A DNA stretch of 53,641 nt from a virus. Taxonomy: Duplodnaviria; Caudoviricetes. The stretch spans positions 1 through 53,641 of the IMG/VR virus record IMGVR_UViG_3300025103_000001; one strand, 5' to 3'. Of this stretch, positions 25,455 to 35,306 are shown piece by piece (the stretch's first letter is position 1; each line of letters starts with the position of its first letter). The notes below the pieces were generated by a model, which was not told where the DNA came from, did no database searches, and worked only from the letters and a program-made list of their open reading frames with translations. The position numbers and the translations under genes are program-made.

Positions 25455-28400
25455 ATGGCACAAACATATACAAGACAAAGCAGCTTTAGTGATGGAGATA
25501 CTATTACATCTGCATTGTTCAACAACGAATACGATCAATTAGTAAATGTATTTGCATATTCATCTAGTTCTGCAAGTTCTACTGGACATAGACATGATGG
25601 TACAGCAGGACAAGGCGGTAATATACATACTATAGGTGACTTAGACTTTTTAAATAAAATAGTAGCAGACAGTACTAATAATCGTTGGGGAGTATTTGTA
25701 GAAGTTTCTAGTGCTGCAGTTGAGCAGATTAGAATACAAGACGGAGCTATTGTTCCAGTAACAGATAATGATATTGATTTAGGAACAAGCTCATTAGAAT
25801 TTAAAGATGCATACTTTGACGGTACAATAACTACAGATTTATTAACAGTTTCAGGAACAACTAATCTTGATGGTGCTATTCAAGTAGATAATACTATAAC
25901 TGTTGGTGTTGATGATACAGGCTATGATGTTAAATTCTTCGGAGATACTGCAAGTGCTTATATGTTATGGGATACATCTACTGATGATTTAGTCTTAGCA
26001 GGCGCTGCAGGAATTGATCTTGCAGGAGATATAGATGTTGATGGAACTGCAAACTTAGACAACACAGATATAGATGGAACACTCGCAGTAGACGGCACAA
26101 CTATTTCACTAGATGCAACAACATCCTTAAACATAGACAACTCTAACACATCTAATGGTATTACTATTGGTACTGCGACTTCAGGTGTTCCGATCTCAAT
26201 AGGTCATACAACTTCCGAAGTAACAGTCAATGATAATCTTACAGTTACAGGTACGCTTACACTTGGTTCAGGCGCTGAATTAACAGAAGCCGAACTAGAG
26301 TTCCTAGATGGAATTACAGCAGGAACTATTGCTGCTTCTAAAGCAGTAGTCGTAGATTCAAATAAAGATGCAGCTTCTTTTAGAAACATTACACTTACAG
26401 GCGAGCTTGATGCAGCTACACTAGATATAAGTGGTGATGCTGATATTGATGGTACAACTAACCTAGATGTAGTAGATATAGACGGTGCAGTTGACATGGC
26501 TACTACACTTACTGTAGCAGGTAATGTAGACTTTAATGGTGATTTAGATGTTGATGGAACTACTAATTTAGATGTTGTAGACATTGATGGTGCAGTTGAT
26601 ATGGCTTCTACACTAGCAGTTGCAGGTGTTTTAACAGGAGCCTCTTTAGATATTAGTGGCGATATAGACATAGACGGTACTTCAAACTTAGACATAGTTG
26701 ATATTGATGGTGCTGTTGACATGGCTACAACTCTTACAGTCGGTGGTGAAATAACAGCAGCTAGTCTAGATATATCAGGAAATGTAGATATAGACGGTAC
26801 TCTTGAAACAGATGCAATATCTTTAAATGGTACAACAATTACAGCTACTGCTGCAGACATTAATCTTATAGATGGTATAACTAACGGAACAGTAATAGCC
26901 AGTAAAGCTATTATAACAGATTCAAACAAAGACATTACTGGTGGTAGAAACATAACCATTAGTGGTGAACTGGATGCAGCTACACTTGATATTAGTGGTG
27001 ATGCAGATATAGATGGAACACTGGAAGCCGATGCAATTACTATCGGTGGCACTACACTCGCAGAAACAATTAGTGATACAGTCGGTGCAATGGTTGGAAG
27101 TAATACTGAAACTAATATTACAGTTACTTACGAAGACAGCGACAACACATTAGACTTTGTAATCGGTACACTTAACCAAGACACTACAGGTACTGCAGCT
27201 TTAGCAACAACCATTACAGCTTCAGCTAATAACTCTACAGACGAAACAGTTTATCCAACCTTTGTAGATGGTGCTACAGGCACACAAGGAATAGAAACAG
27301 ACACTGGATTTACATATAATCCTTCTAGTGGATTACTTACAATAAGTGGAGAGCTAGACGCAGGAAGTTTAGATATTTCAGGAAACGCCGACATTGATGG
27401 AACTTTAGAAACAGACAATTTAACAGTCGGTGGCGCACAAGGTACTGACGGACAAGTACTAACTTCAACAGGAAGTGGAGTAGGTTGGGAAGACGCAGGA
27501 ACTGGTGCAACAACAATAGATGGTTTGTCAGATGCTAAATCAGGCGGAACAGATTTCACAGGATCACTTATTATAGGACATCAGAGTACAGGAACTTTAG
27601 ATGCAGCTACTTATAATACAGCACTTGGTTATCAAACTCTAACCGCTTTAACAAGTGGCGATGATAATGTTGCAGTTGGCGGCACAGCATTACAAGATAA
27701 TACAACAGGCGGACAAAATGTAGCCGTTGGTAGATATGCTTTAAAAGACAATACTACAGCTTCTTTTAATGTAGGAGTTGGTTATGAAGCTATGTCTGTG
27801 AACACCACAGGTGCAGGTAATGTTGCTATTGGTGCTTATGCACTAGACGCTAATACAACAGCAGATAGTAATGTTGGGATAGGAAAGAATGCCTTAACAG
27901 CAAACACCACAGGTGCTAGTAATGTAGCGGTAGGCTATCAAGCACTAGATGCTAATACCACAGCAGATAACAATACCGCAGTCGGAACAAGTGCTTTAAC
28001 AGCAAACACCACAGGTTCTGCTAATATAGCTATTGGAAATCTAGCATTAGGAGCTAACACTACTGGTAATAGTAATGTAGCCATTGGTAGATATGCTTTA
28101 GATGCAAATACAACTGCGTCAGAAAACACAGCCGTTGGATATTATTCTTTATCTGCAAATACCACTGGAACATCTAATGTTGCTGTTGGTAAGAGTGCTT
28201 TATTAGCAAACACCACAGCTTCTCGCAACACAGGAATTGGTAAAGAGGCTTTAAAAGACAACACCACAGGAGCAGAAAATACGGGTTTAGGTTATCGGGC
28301 ATTACTAGCAAACACCACAGGCAACAGAAACGTCGCAATAGGTGATGTTTCATTGGATGCAAACACGACAGGTTCAGACAACGTAGCTGTAGGGCAACAG

Positions 28401-30236
28401 GCTTTAGGAGCAAACACTACAGGTGGAAACAACACAGCTATAGGTTATGCGGCTTTAGACTCAAACACTACAGGTGATACAAACGTAGCGATTGGTAAGG
28501 CTTTAGATGCTAATACAACGGGTGGGAATAATATAGGCATCGGCTATGCAGCATTAAATGCTAATACCACAGCAAATAACAATATTGGAATTGGTCGTGA
28601 TGCTCTTAATGATAACACCACAGGTACACCAAACACAGCAGTAGGCTCTTATACTTTAGCAGCAAATACAACAGGCGGAGAAAATACCGCATTGGGTTAT
28701 GGCGCTTTGTATACAAGCACCACAGCTTCTAACAACACAGCGATGGGTAGTGGCGCTTTAGGAGACAATACTACAGGAGCAGACAATACAGGAATCGGTA
28801 GAAGCACTTTAAACAAAAACACCACAGGTGCTTCAAATGTTGGATTAGGTGCTTATGCTTTAGATGCTAATACCACAGCTAGTAATAATGTAGGAGTAGG
28901 TGTTCACGCTTTAGGACAAACAACCACAGGAGCAAGTAATACTTCGGTAGGTACTGCTTCTATGAATGATAATACCACAGGTGGAAATAATACAGCGGTG
29001 GGCATGAACGCTCTAAACGCTAATACCACAGGCGAAGAGAATGTAGCTATTGGTTATGCTGCAGCAGTGGCAAATACAACGGGAAGTCAGAATGTAGCTA
29101 TAGGCGATCAAGTCTTTTTAGCTAATACAACAGGATCAAGGAACACAGCAATAGGTAGAGAAGCTCTATTAACGAACAGCACAGCAAATAACAACACAGC
29201 CGTTGGTTATAAATGTTTAGAATATAACACCACAGGTGCTGACAACACGGCAGTTGGTTATCAGGCATTAGACGCGAATACGACAGGTGCTAATAATACA
29301 GCTATGGGAGTAAACGCTCTTGGAGCAAATACAACTGCATCACAATGTGTTGCTTTTGGCGACCAAGCATTAGATGCAAACACAACAGGGGATTACAACA
29401 CCGCATTAGGTAGAAATGCTTTAACAACAAGTACCACAGGACACTCGAACACAGCAGTTGGGCATGATGCTTTAAACGCAGCTACAACAGCGAACTTTAA
29501 CACAGCAATTGGTAAAAATGCTTTATTAGCAAGCACTACAGGACACCAAAACACAGCAGTTGGTTACGGAGCAGGCGATTCTACAACCACAGCCGATTCT
29601 AATGTTTATGTAGGAAGAGATGCAGGAACAGCAACTACTTCAGGTGGAGAAAATACTTTTATAGGTAAAAGTTCAGGCGGTCAAAACACAACATCAGCTA
29701 GAAATGTTTGTGTAGGTACAGCAGCAAACACAGCTACTGATAGTGGTTATGAAAATGTGTTTGGTTGGAATGTAACAAGTGCAGGCGCTGATAGAACAAC
29801 AGTAGGTTCAGGCGGTTCAGATTCAGTATTGGTAGATGGTGGAACAACTTGGGCAGCCGTTTCCGACATAAGAACTAAAAAAGATATTGTAAGTTCTACA
29901 ATAGGACTTAGCTTTATTAATGATTTAAGGTCTGTAACATTTGACTACAGAACATTAGGAGAACTTCCTGAAAATCATAAACACTATGAAGAAGGATCAG
30001 AAGAAATTTATAAAAGAAGACCTGAAAGACAGCTTGGTTTTATAGCACAAGAAGTTAAAGAAGCTATAGATACGCATGGTGTTCCTGATGGTTCAGATTT
30101 ATGGAACGAAGACGAGGGTGGTTGGCAAAGAATAGGAGAAGGCTCAATAGTTCCTATGTTAGTCAATGCCGTACAAGAACTCTCAGCACAAGTTGAGGAA
30201 TTAAAACAACAAGCACATGAAAAATGTGACAAATAA
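25455..30236 (+). CDS. Long tail fibre with C-terminal intramolecular chaperone (peptidase S74-like)
   Basis: Anchor motif GHRHDG, LDISGDADIDG repeats, 14-aa N.A.G..AL..NTT repeats, SDIRTKKDI cleavage motif, GFIAQEV and terminal coiled coil. Confidence 0.9.
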   Translation: MAQTYTRQSSFSDGDTITSALFNNEYDQLVNVFAYSSSSASSTGHRHDGTAGQGGNIHTIGDLDFLNKIVADSTNNRWGVFVEVSSAAVEQIRIQDGAIVPVTDNDIDLGTSSLEFKDAYFDGTITTDLLTVSGTTNLDGAIQVDNTITVGVDDTGYDVKFFGDTASAYMLWDTSTDDLVLAGAAGIDLAGDIDVDGTANLDNTDIDGTLAVDGTTISLDATTSLNIDNSNTSNGITIGTATSGVPISIGHTTSEVTVNDNLTVTGTLTLGSGAELTEAELEFLDGITAGTIAASKAVVVDSNKDAASFRNITLTGELDAATLDISGDADIDGTTNLDVVDIDGAVDMATTLTVAGNVDFNGDLDVDGTTNLDVVDIDGAVDMASTLAVAGVLTGASLDISGDIDIDGTSNLDIVDIDGAVDMATTLTVGGEITAASLDISGNVDIDGTLETDAISLNGTTITATAADINLIDGITNGTVIASKAIITDSNKDITGGRNITISGELDAATLDISGDADIDGTLEADAITIGGTTLAETISDTVGAMVGSNTETNITVTYEDSDNTLDFVIGTLNQDTTGTAALATTITASANNSTDETVYPTFVDGATGTQGIETDTGFTYNPSSGLLTISGELDAGSLDISGNADIDGTLETDNLTVGGAQGTDGQVLTSTGSGVGWEDAGTGATTIDGLSDAKSGGTDFTGSLIIGHQSTGTLDAATYNTALGYQTLTALTSGDDNVAVGGTALQDNTTGGQNVAVGRYALKDNTTASFNVGVGYEAMSVNTTGAGNVAIGAYALDANTTADSNVGIGKNALTANTTGASNVAVGYQALDANTTADNNTAVGTSALTANTTGSANIAIGNLALGANTTGNSNVAIGRYALDANTTASENTAVGYYSLSANTTGTSNVAVGKSALLANTTASRNTGIGKEALKDNTTGAENTGLGYRALLANTTGNRNVAIGDVSLDANTTGSDNVAVGQQALGANTTGGNNTAIGYAALDSNTTGDTNVAIGKALDANTTGGNNIGIGYAALNANTTANNNIGIGRDALNDNTTGTPNTAVGSYTLAANTTGGENTALGYGALYTSTTASNNTAMGSGALGDNTTGADNTGIGRSTLNKNTTGASNVGLGAYALDANTTASNNVGVGVHALGQTTTGASNTSVGTASMNDNTTGGNNTAVGMNALNANTTGEENVAIGYAAAVANTTGSQNVAIGDQVFLANTTGSRNTAIGREALLTNSTANNNTAVGYKCLEYNTTGADNTAVGYQALDANTTGANNTAMGVNALGANTTASQCVAFGDQALDANTTGDYNTALGRNALTTSTTGHSNTAVGHDALNAATTANFNTAIGKNALLASTTGHQNTAVGYGAGDSTTTADSNVYVGRDAGTATTSGGENTFIGKSSGGQNTTSARNVCVGTAANTATDSGYENVFGWNVTSAGADRTTVGSGGSDSVLVDGGTTWAAVSDIRTKKDIVSSTIGLSFINDLRSVTFDYRTLGELPENHKHYEEGSEEIYKRRPERQLGFIAQEVKEAIDTHGVPDGSDLWNEDEGGWQRIGEGSIVPMLVNAVQELSAQVEELKQQAHEKCDK

Positions 30237-30255
30237 TAATAACGGAGAATAAAAA

Positions 30256-30576
30256 ATGGCAATAACTAAAACATTAACTAAAGCTATACCAAGCGAAAAG
30301 TCTAGTAAGGCTCAAGAATGGAATTTAGAAATGACTTATGAGAACGACAGCAAAGGCGATGCAACTTATTATAAGTCTGCATTTAGTTATACAGCAAAGG
30401 CAGCCGATGGTGATTTTACAGCAGCAGCTAAAGGTACTTTTAACCTTGCAGCTTTGACAGCATTATGTCCTGTATCACAGTGGGATGATGTATTTGCAAG
30501 TCAAGTGGATAGTGTTATAACGAATCCTATAGTACCACCTGTACCTGATACAGATTTTGAAGTACCTAGTTCGTAG
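30256..30576 (+). CDS. Tail-fibre-associated small protein
   Basis: GGAG Shine-Dalgarno; directly after the fibre. Confidence 0.65.
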   Translation: MAITKTLTKAIPSEKSSKAQEWNLEMTYENDSKGDATYYKSAFSYTAKAADGDFTAAAKGTFNLAALTALCPVSQWDDVFASQVDSVITNPIVPPVPDTDFEVPSS

Positions 30577-30584
30577 AAAGAACT

Positions 30585-30830
30585 ATGGAGCTTTCAAGCT
30601 ACATAATTTGGAATGTGGTGTTGACTCTTGTAGTCGCACCTGTGCTGTATGCTATACGCAATAATGCTACAGAGCTTAAAAGGCTTGACATCCTTATCAA
30701 CAAAACTCGTGAAGAGATGGCTAAAGAATATGTGTCAAGAGATACATTTGAATATGACATGGGAAAGGTTATGAAAGTATTGGAAAAATTAGAAGTAAAA
30801 CTAGATAGGCTTTTTGAACAAGAGAAATAA
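30585..30830 (+). CDS. Small membrane protein (N-terminal TMD plus coiled coil)
   Basis: IIWNVVLTLVVAPVLYAI followed by LNKTREEMAKEYV and LEKLEVKLDRL. Confidence 0.7.
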   Translation: MELSSYIIWNVVLTLVVAPVLYAIRNNATELKRLDILINKTREEMAKEYVSRDTFEYDMGKVMKVLEKLEVKLDRLFEQEK

Positions 30831-30832
30831 TA

Positions 30833-33571
30833 ATGACAGCAAGAAAAAGAAATAATAAGAAACGACAAGACTATAGAAAAGGTGGTCGTGTGGCTTTGGC
30901 TAGTGGTAATCAACCTAATAAAATTAAAGAGCCTAGAGGTAAACCAAATTTACCCTATACTCCTGCGCCAGTAATACCTAAACAAGACAATCCTTTAACT
31001 ATAAAAAAAGATCCTGCGCCTATTCCAAGAAAAGATAGACCATTTGTTCATCCGTCAGAAACACCTCCTTCTAATTTAACGCCTATAGCACAGCCTATAG
31101 CACAGCCTACAACACAGCCTACAGCACAGCCTACACCTAAGCCTTTTTCAAAAACACCTATACTAAAACAATTATTAAAAGATCCTGCACCTGCTCCTGA
31201 AAAGGAAAGACCACAGACTACTTATACCACAGCTAAAACTCCTACTACTTCCTCTTCTTATATACCTCCTGATGAAAAAGCTACGCAGACACAGGGTTTT
31301 GTTCCGGAATATATAGAAAGCATAGGAGCAGGACTACCACAATTTCCAGAAGGTGCTACCGAAGGAACTACATATACTTGGACAAACCCTGCAGGCGAAG
31401 TAATGAACTTCGTATATACTAATGGTTCTTGGGGATTAGCAGGAACAGATACTGGTGGTGGTGATGGCAGTGGTGATGGTGATGGTGATGGTGATGGTGA
31501 TGGTGAGACAGCTCCTGTTTCTCCGCAATACGGAATAGGCACAGCCAACGTACCAACATCTTTTGGCGGAACAGGCGGAAGAACTCCTGCACAACAACAA
31601 GCTGCAAGAGATATGATTGATGCGGCAGCACGCGGAGAGCTGACAGGAGATACAAGAATAAAAGATCCTGCACAAATTAATTATCAAAGAGATGCAACAG
31701 GTAATTTAATATTAGATGACAGCGGACAGCCGATTCCTCTAGCCGATTCAGAAACTATGCAAATGGATCGAACAAAAGGAGTAGATGAACAAACTGTTTT
31801 AAAAGACGGACAGCGTATAGGCTATGATGCTAGTACAGGTGACGCAATTACTGCAGCAGGTATTTTACCCGGAGGCTATAGTTTTACTCCACCAGAAGGT
31901 GTTCAATATCCAATGAATATGCCACCAGAAGGACAAAGATGGTCATATGGTCCAAACGGTGAAAGGATTGCAGTAGATGCTAATACTAGAGAAGGCGCTG
32001 CTGCTGCTACATATGGAGCAGATACTATTGATCAAGCACCAATTGTTAATCCACAAACAGGCGAGTGGAGCGATAAAGGAATTGCAGATATGCAAAGCCA
32101 AGCACTAACAAAAGCAGCACAAGGTATTGACTTCACAGACGAACAGAAATCAAGAGGCATAACAGAAAGAGTTGTTGGACCGATGGATCCTCAAGCCAAG
32201 ATGGACGCGGTTAAAGTTGCAGGCACAGATCTACCAAGAGTCTTAAGAGCTAAGAAACAATTAAGACGAGCAGGACTAACAGAAGAACAAATTAATTTAA
32301 TAGGTAATGATCCATCACTTCTAGAAGATGAACTTATGGAGTATACTGAAGAACAACGCGGCATGATCGCAGGTCTTCCAGATGAAGCATTAGTTTCTAC
32401 ACAGATGAATGCACTTTTAGATGGTATGGAATCAGGAGAGATTCCTGCATTTGCTAGACCGGCTGTTGCAGCAGTTAATGAGATATTAGCACAACGAGGT
32501 TTAGATGTTTCAACAGTAGGAAGAGATGCATTATTTAACGCAGTAATTCAAAGTGCTATGCCATTAGCACAAAGTAATGCACAATCAATAAAAGAAAGTG
32601 TATTTTCACAAAGAGGAATAGAAGCTCAAGCAGAGCAAATGAATGCTCAGATGGCACAACAAAGAGCCACGACAAATTCTGAAAGAGTCTTTAATTTAAA
32701 CATGGCACAGTTTAGTGCTGATCAACAAAGAGCATTATCTAATAGTAAGTTCTTACAGACTACAAGCTTAACAGAAGTTGGTAATGATCAACAAGCAGGA
32801 ATACAAGAAGCTGTATCGTTAGCTCAATTAGATTTAGCAACACTTGATTCTAATACAAAACTTGCAGCACAGAATGCACAAACTATGCTACAAAGAGATG
32901 TAACAGATCTTGGTAATAGGCAACAAGCTGAAGTATTAACTAAGCAACTAGAGCAACAAACAATGTTAAGTAATCAAGCAGCACAAAATGCTGCTCAACA
33001 ATTCAATGCTACAAGTGAAAATCAAACAAATCAATTCATGTCAAGCATGGCAGCTAACATGACACAGTTTAATAAAACACAACAGAATGCTATGACACAG
33101 TTTAATAAGACACAAGAAAATCAAGCGAAAGCTTTAGAAGAACAAGCAGAACTAGACGTTGCTAAGTATGACGCACAACTGTCTACACAGATTGATCAGT
33201 TTAATTCACAACAAGAATTTGCACGAGAACAATTTAACACACAAAATGCACAGGCTGTAGAGCAATCTAATGTGGCATGGCGAAGACAAGCCAATACAGT
33301 TAATACAGCAGCTATTAATGCGGTTAATCAACAAAACGCACAGAATGCTTTTGGATTAAGTACACAGTCTATGTCTTTTCTGTGGCAAGAACTGAGAGAT
33401 CAAATGGATTATTCTTTCAAAGCTTGGGATAATGATCAACAGCGTAAAGCTTCATTGATGGTAGCAGCCTTAGGAAACGAAGGTGCATCATATGAAGGTA
33501 AAAACTGGCAAAGTAATTTAACAGGGATGACAAATATAATGAATACATTCCTCAATCCGGGAGGCAACTAG
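30833..33571 (+). CDS. Internal virion / ejection protein
   Basis: Pro-rich N-terminus and long Q/N/A-rich QFN repeats; located after the tail genes. Confidence 0.7.
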   Translation: MTARKRNNKKRQDYRKGGRVALASGNQPNKIKEPRGKPNLPYTPAPVIPKQDNPLTIKKDPAPIPRKDRPFVHPSETPPSNLTPIAQPIAQPTTQPTAQPTPKPFSKTPILKQLLKDPAPAPEKERPQTTYTTAKTPTTSSSYIPPDEKATQTQGFVPEYIESIGAGLPQFPEGATEGTTYTWTNPAGEVMNFVYTNGSWGLAGTDTGGGDGSGDGDGDGDGDGETAPVSPQYGIGTANVPTSFGGTGGRTPAQQQAARDMIDAAARGELTGDTRIKDPAQINYQRDATGNLILDDSGQPIPLADSETMQMDRTKGVDEQTVLKDGQRIGYDASTGDAITAAGILPGGYSFTPPEGVQYPMNMPPEGQRWSYGPNGERIAVDANTREGAAAATYGADTIDQAPIVNPQTGEWSDKGIADMQSQALTKAAQGIDFTDEQKSRGITERVVGPMDPQAKMDAVKVAGTDLPRVLRAKKQLRRAGLTEEQINLIGNDPSLLEDELMEYTEEQRGMIAGLPDEALVSTQMNALLDGMESGEIPAFARPAVAAVNEILAQRGLDVSTVGRDALFNAVIQSAMPLAQSNAQSIKESVFSQRGIEAQAEQMNAQMAQQRATTNSERVFNLNMAQFSADQQRALSNSKFLQTTSLTEVGNDQQAGIQEAVSLAQLDLATLDSNTKLAAQNAQTMLQRDVTDLGNRQQAEVLTKQLEQQTMLSNQAAQNAAQQFNATSENQTNQFMSSMAANMTQFNKTQQNAMTQFNKTQENQAKALEEQAELDVAKYDAQLSTQIDQFNSQQEFAREQFNTQNAQAVEQSNVAWRRQANTVNTAAINAVNQQNAQNAFGLSTQSMSFLWQELRDQMDYSFKAWDNDQQRKASLMVAALGNEGASYEGKNWQSNLTGMTNIMNTFLNPGGN
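31081..31144 (+). repeat. 12-bp tandem repeat, about 5 copies (PIAQ/PTTQ/PTAQ)
   Basis: GCCTATAGCACA x2, GCCTACAACACA, GCCTACAGCACA, GCCTACACCTAA. Confidence 0.85.
31460..31507 (+). repeat. (GGTGAT)n microsatellite encoding Gly-Asp
   Basis: Five perfect copies at 31472-31501 plus flanking variants. Confidence 0.9.
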
Positions 33572-33572
33572 C

Positions 33573-34676
33573 ATGGGATTTTTAAGTAAAGTATTTAAAC
33601 CTTTTAAAAAGATTATAAGAAAAGTAGGTGGTGCAATTAAAAGTGTAGCAAAAATAATTGCTAAACCTTTTAAAATGATAATGAAACCAATTGGTAAACT
33701 TTTTGGAAAGTTAGGACCAATAGGATCAATAGCTTTAGGATTTTTATTGCCCGGCATGGGTACTGTAATAAGCTCGTGGTTTAAAGGAGCAGGACATTTA
33801 TTTCAAGGAGTGTTTAAAGGAATGCCAAAAATATTTAATGCTATAAGTAAAGTTGGAAAAGCTATAGAAACAGCCGCTACATGGGGTGGTGAAATATACG
33901 GTAAAACTGTTGGTAAAGTTTTTGAAAGTGTAACAGGAGCAATTAAAGGCGGTATTGATGCGTTAACAGGAGGAAAAGCAACTCAGTTTGGTAATTGGTT
34001 AGGTGAATTTACAAGTAATATAGGTGATAAATTAACTTATAAAGGCGAAGGTATCTTAGATCCTATAAGTATAGCAGATCCAACAGCTATTGCGGATGCT
34101 TCAGCAGCAGCTACAAAAAGTATCGGTGAGAGATTTAAAGACTTTACTAGTAGAGTAGGAGATCAATGGGAAGAAAGTTTTAAAGCAGGTACAGATTTAG
34201 AAATGCCTGAACCACTCATAGAAGAAATTACAACAACTGCCGCTGGTGTTCCTTTTGAAGATGCATTTAGAAAAGATGATAGAAGTATTTTTGAAAAAGG
34301 AGTAGATGCTGCAGAGGCTTTAAGAGATAAAATAACAGAGAGTACTGCATTTAGAGGTTATAATATGTATAATAAAGTAAGTAGTTATTTTGCAGACGAT
34401 CCTAGAATGAGAATGCCCGGCACACAAGGCGCAAGTGCATTTAGTATGCTTGGTAATATGCCGGGTAATTTTGGTTCTGCTGATAATTTTATAACGATGG
34501 ACACATCACAATTTAATAATGCTCCTAATTTTTTAGATCTATTAACTAAATATGCAAGCGGATTTGATGCAACAATGTCTTCACAATTTAATCCTACAGA
34601 TGCTTTTAATTTTGCTGATGGGTTAGGTGGTTATGGTTTTAATGTAAGAAAGGCAATCATTGGAGGAGATGAATAG
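33573..34676 (+). CDS. Putative ejection protein with cationic amphipathic N-terminus
   Basis: MGFLSKVFKPFKKIIRKVGGAIKSVAKIIAKPFK... Confidence 0.65.
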   Translation: MGFLSKVFKPFKKIIRKVGGAIKSVAKIIAKPFKMIMKPIGKLFGKLGPIGSIALGFLLPGMGTVISSWFKGAGHLFQGVFKGMPKIFNAISKVGKAIETAATWGGEIYGKTVGKVFESVTGAIKGGIDALTGGKATQFGNWLGEFTSNIGDKLTYKGEGILDPISIADPTAIADASAAATKSIGERFKDFTSRVGDQWEESFKAGTDLEMPEPLIEEITTTAAGVPFEDAFRKDDRSIFEKGVDAAEALRDKITESTAFRGYNMYNKVSSYFADDPRMRMPGTQGASAFSMLGNMPGNFGSADNFITMDTSQFNNAPNFLDLLTKYASGFDATMSSQFNPTDAFNFADGLGGYGFNVRKAIIGGDE

Positions 34677-35305
34677 TGTTAAACCAAGAAGCATTAGAAA
34701 CTATGCGTCCTTTTGATGGACCTATTGCAGGTCAATCATTAACGAATAGTCCTGAAAGTCAACAGCCTTATGAAGGATCACCTGAGTATACTAATGTAAG
34801 AGAAGCAACACAAGCTATATTCCTGAGTTTACTTGAAGAAGAAATGTTAATATCAGTTACTCGTATGATGTCTGATGGAACACCGATAGGTGATATAACT
34901 AAAATGCTTCTTGTTTCAGGATTAGCACAAGGAAAATTTAATGCTGATTTAATGTTACTTCTTGTAGAGCCTGTTATGTATATGCTGTTAGCTATTGCAG
35001 AAAAAGTAGGAATTACAGATGTTATTATAAATAGAGGCGATAGTCCTGAAGAAGATATTGATGGACCTGAAACAGAAGAAGAAAGACAAGCAGACGCAGA
35101 ACAAGGCGAAGAAATGCAGAGGATGTTAATAGGACAAGAACCACAAAGATTTTCAGACTTGAAAGTTAATGTTGCTCCTGACCAATTAGATCAAGACCTA
35201 ATTAATCAATTAGATAATATAGACGTATCTAAAATTAAAGAAAGTTTAATGTCTAAACCGCAACCTGCAGAAGTTGATGAAGAAAGTTTAATGGCAAGGA
35301 GATAA
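34676..35305 (+). CDS. Putative virion protein
   Basis: PIAGQSLT...PYE..PEY and G.FNADLMLLLVEP motifs. Confidence 0.7.
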   Translation: MLNQEALETMRPFDGPIAGQSLTNSPESQQPYEGSPEYTNVREATQAIFLSLLEEEMLISVTRMMSDGTPIGDITKMLLVSGLAQGKFNADLMLLLVEPVMYMLLAIAEKVGITDVIINRGDSPEEDIDGPETEEERQADAEQGEEMQRMLIGQEPQRFSDLKVNVAPDQLDQDLINQLDNIDVSKIKESLMSKPQPAEVDEESLMARR

Positions 35306-35306
35306 G

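Noticed and set aside
25958-28413. Several minus-strand ORFs inside the tail fibre, and 48673-49518 in the secreted protein
   Set aside because: Antisense shadows of repetitive coding sequence, with no Shine-Dalgarno and against the arm's direction.
27600-30236. Diversity-generating retroelement acting on the tail fibre
   Set aside because: No reverse transcriptase and no template/variable repeat pair differing at adenines.
31419-31687. Poly-His and (IT)n ORFs on the minus strand
   Set aside because: These are alternative readings of the (GGTGAT)n Gly-Asp microsatellite.
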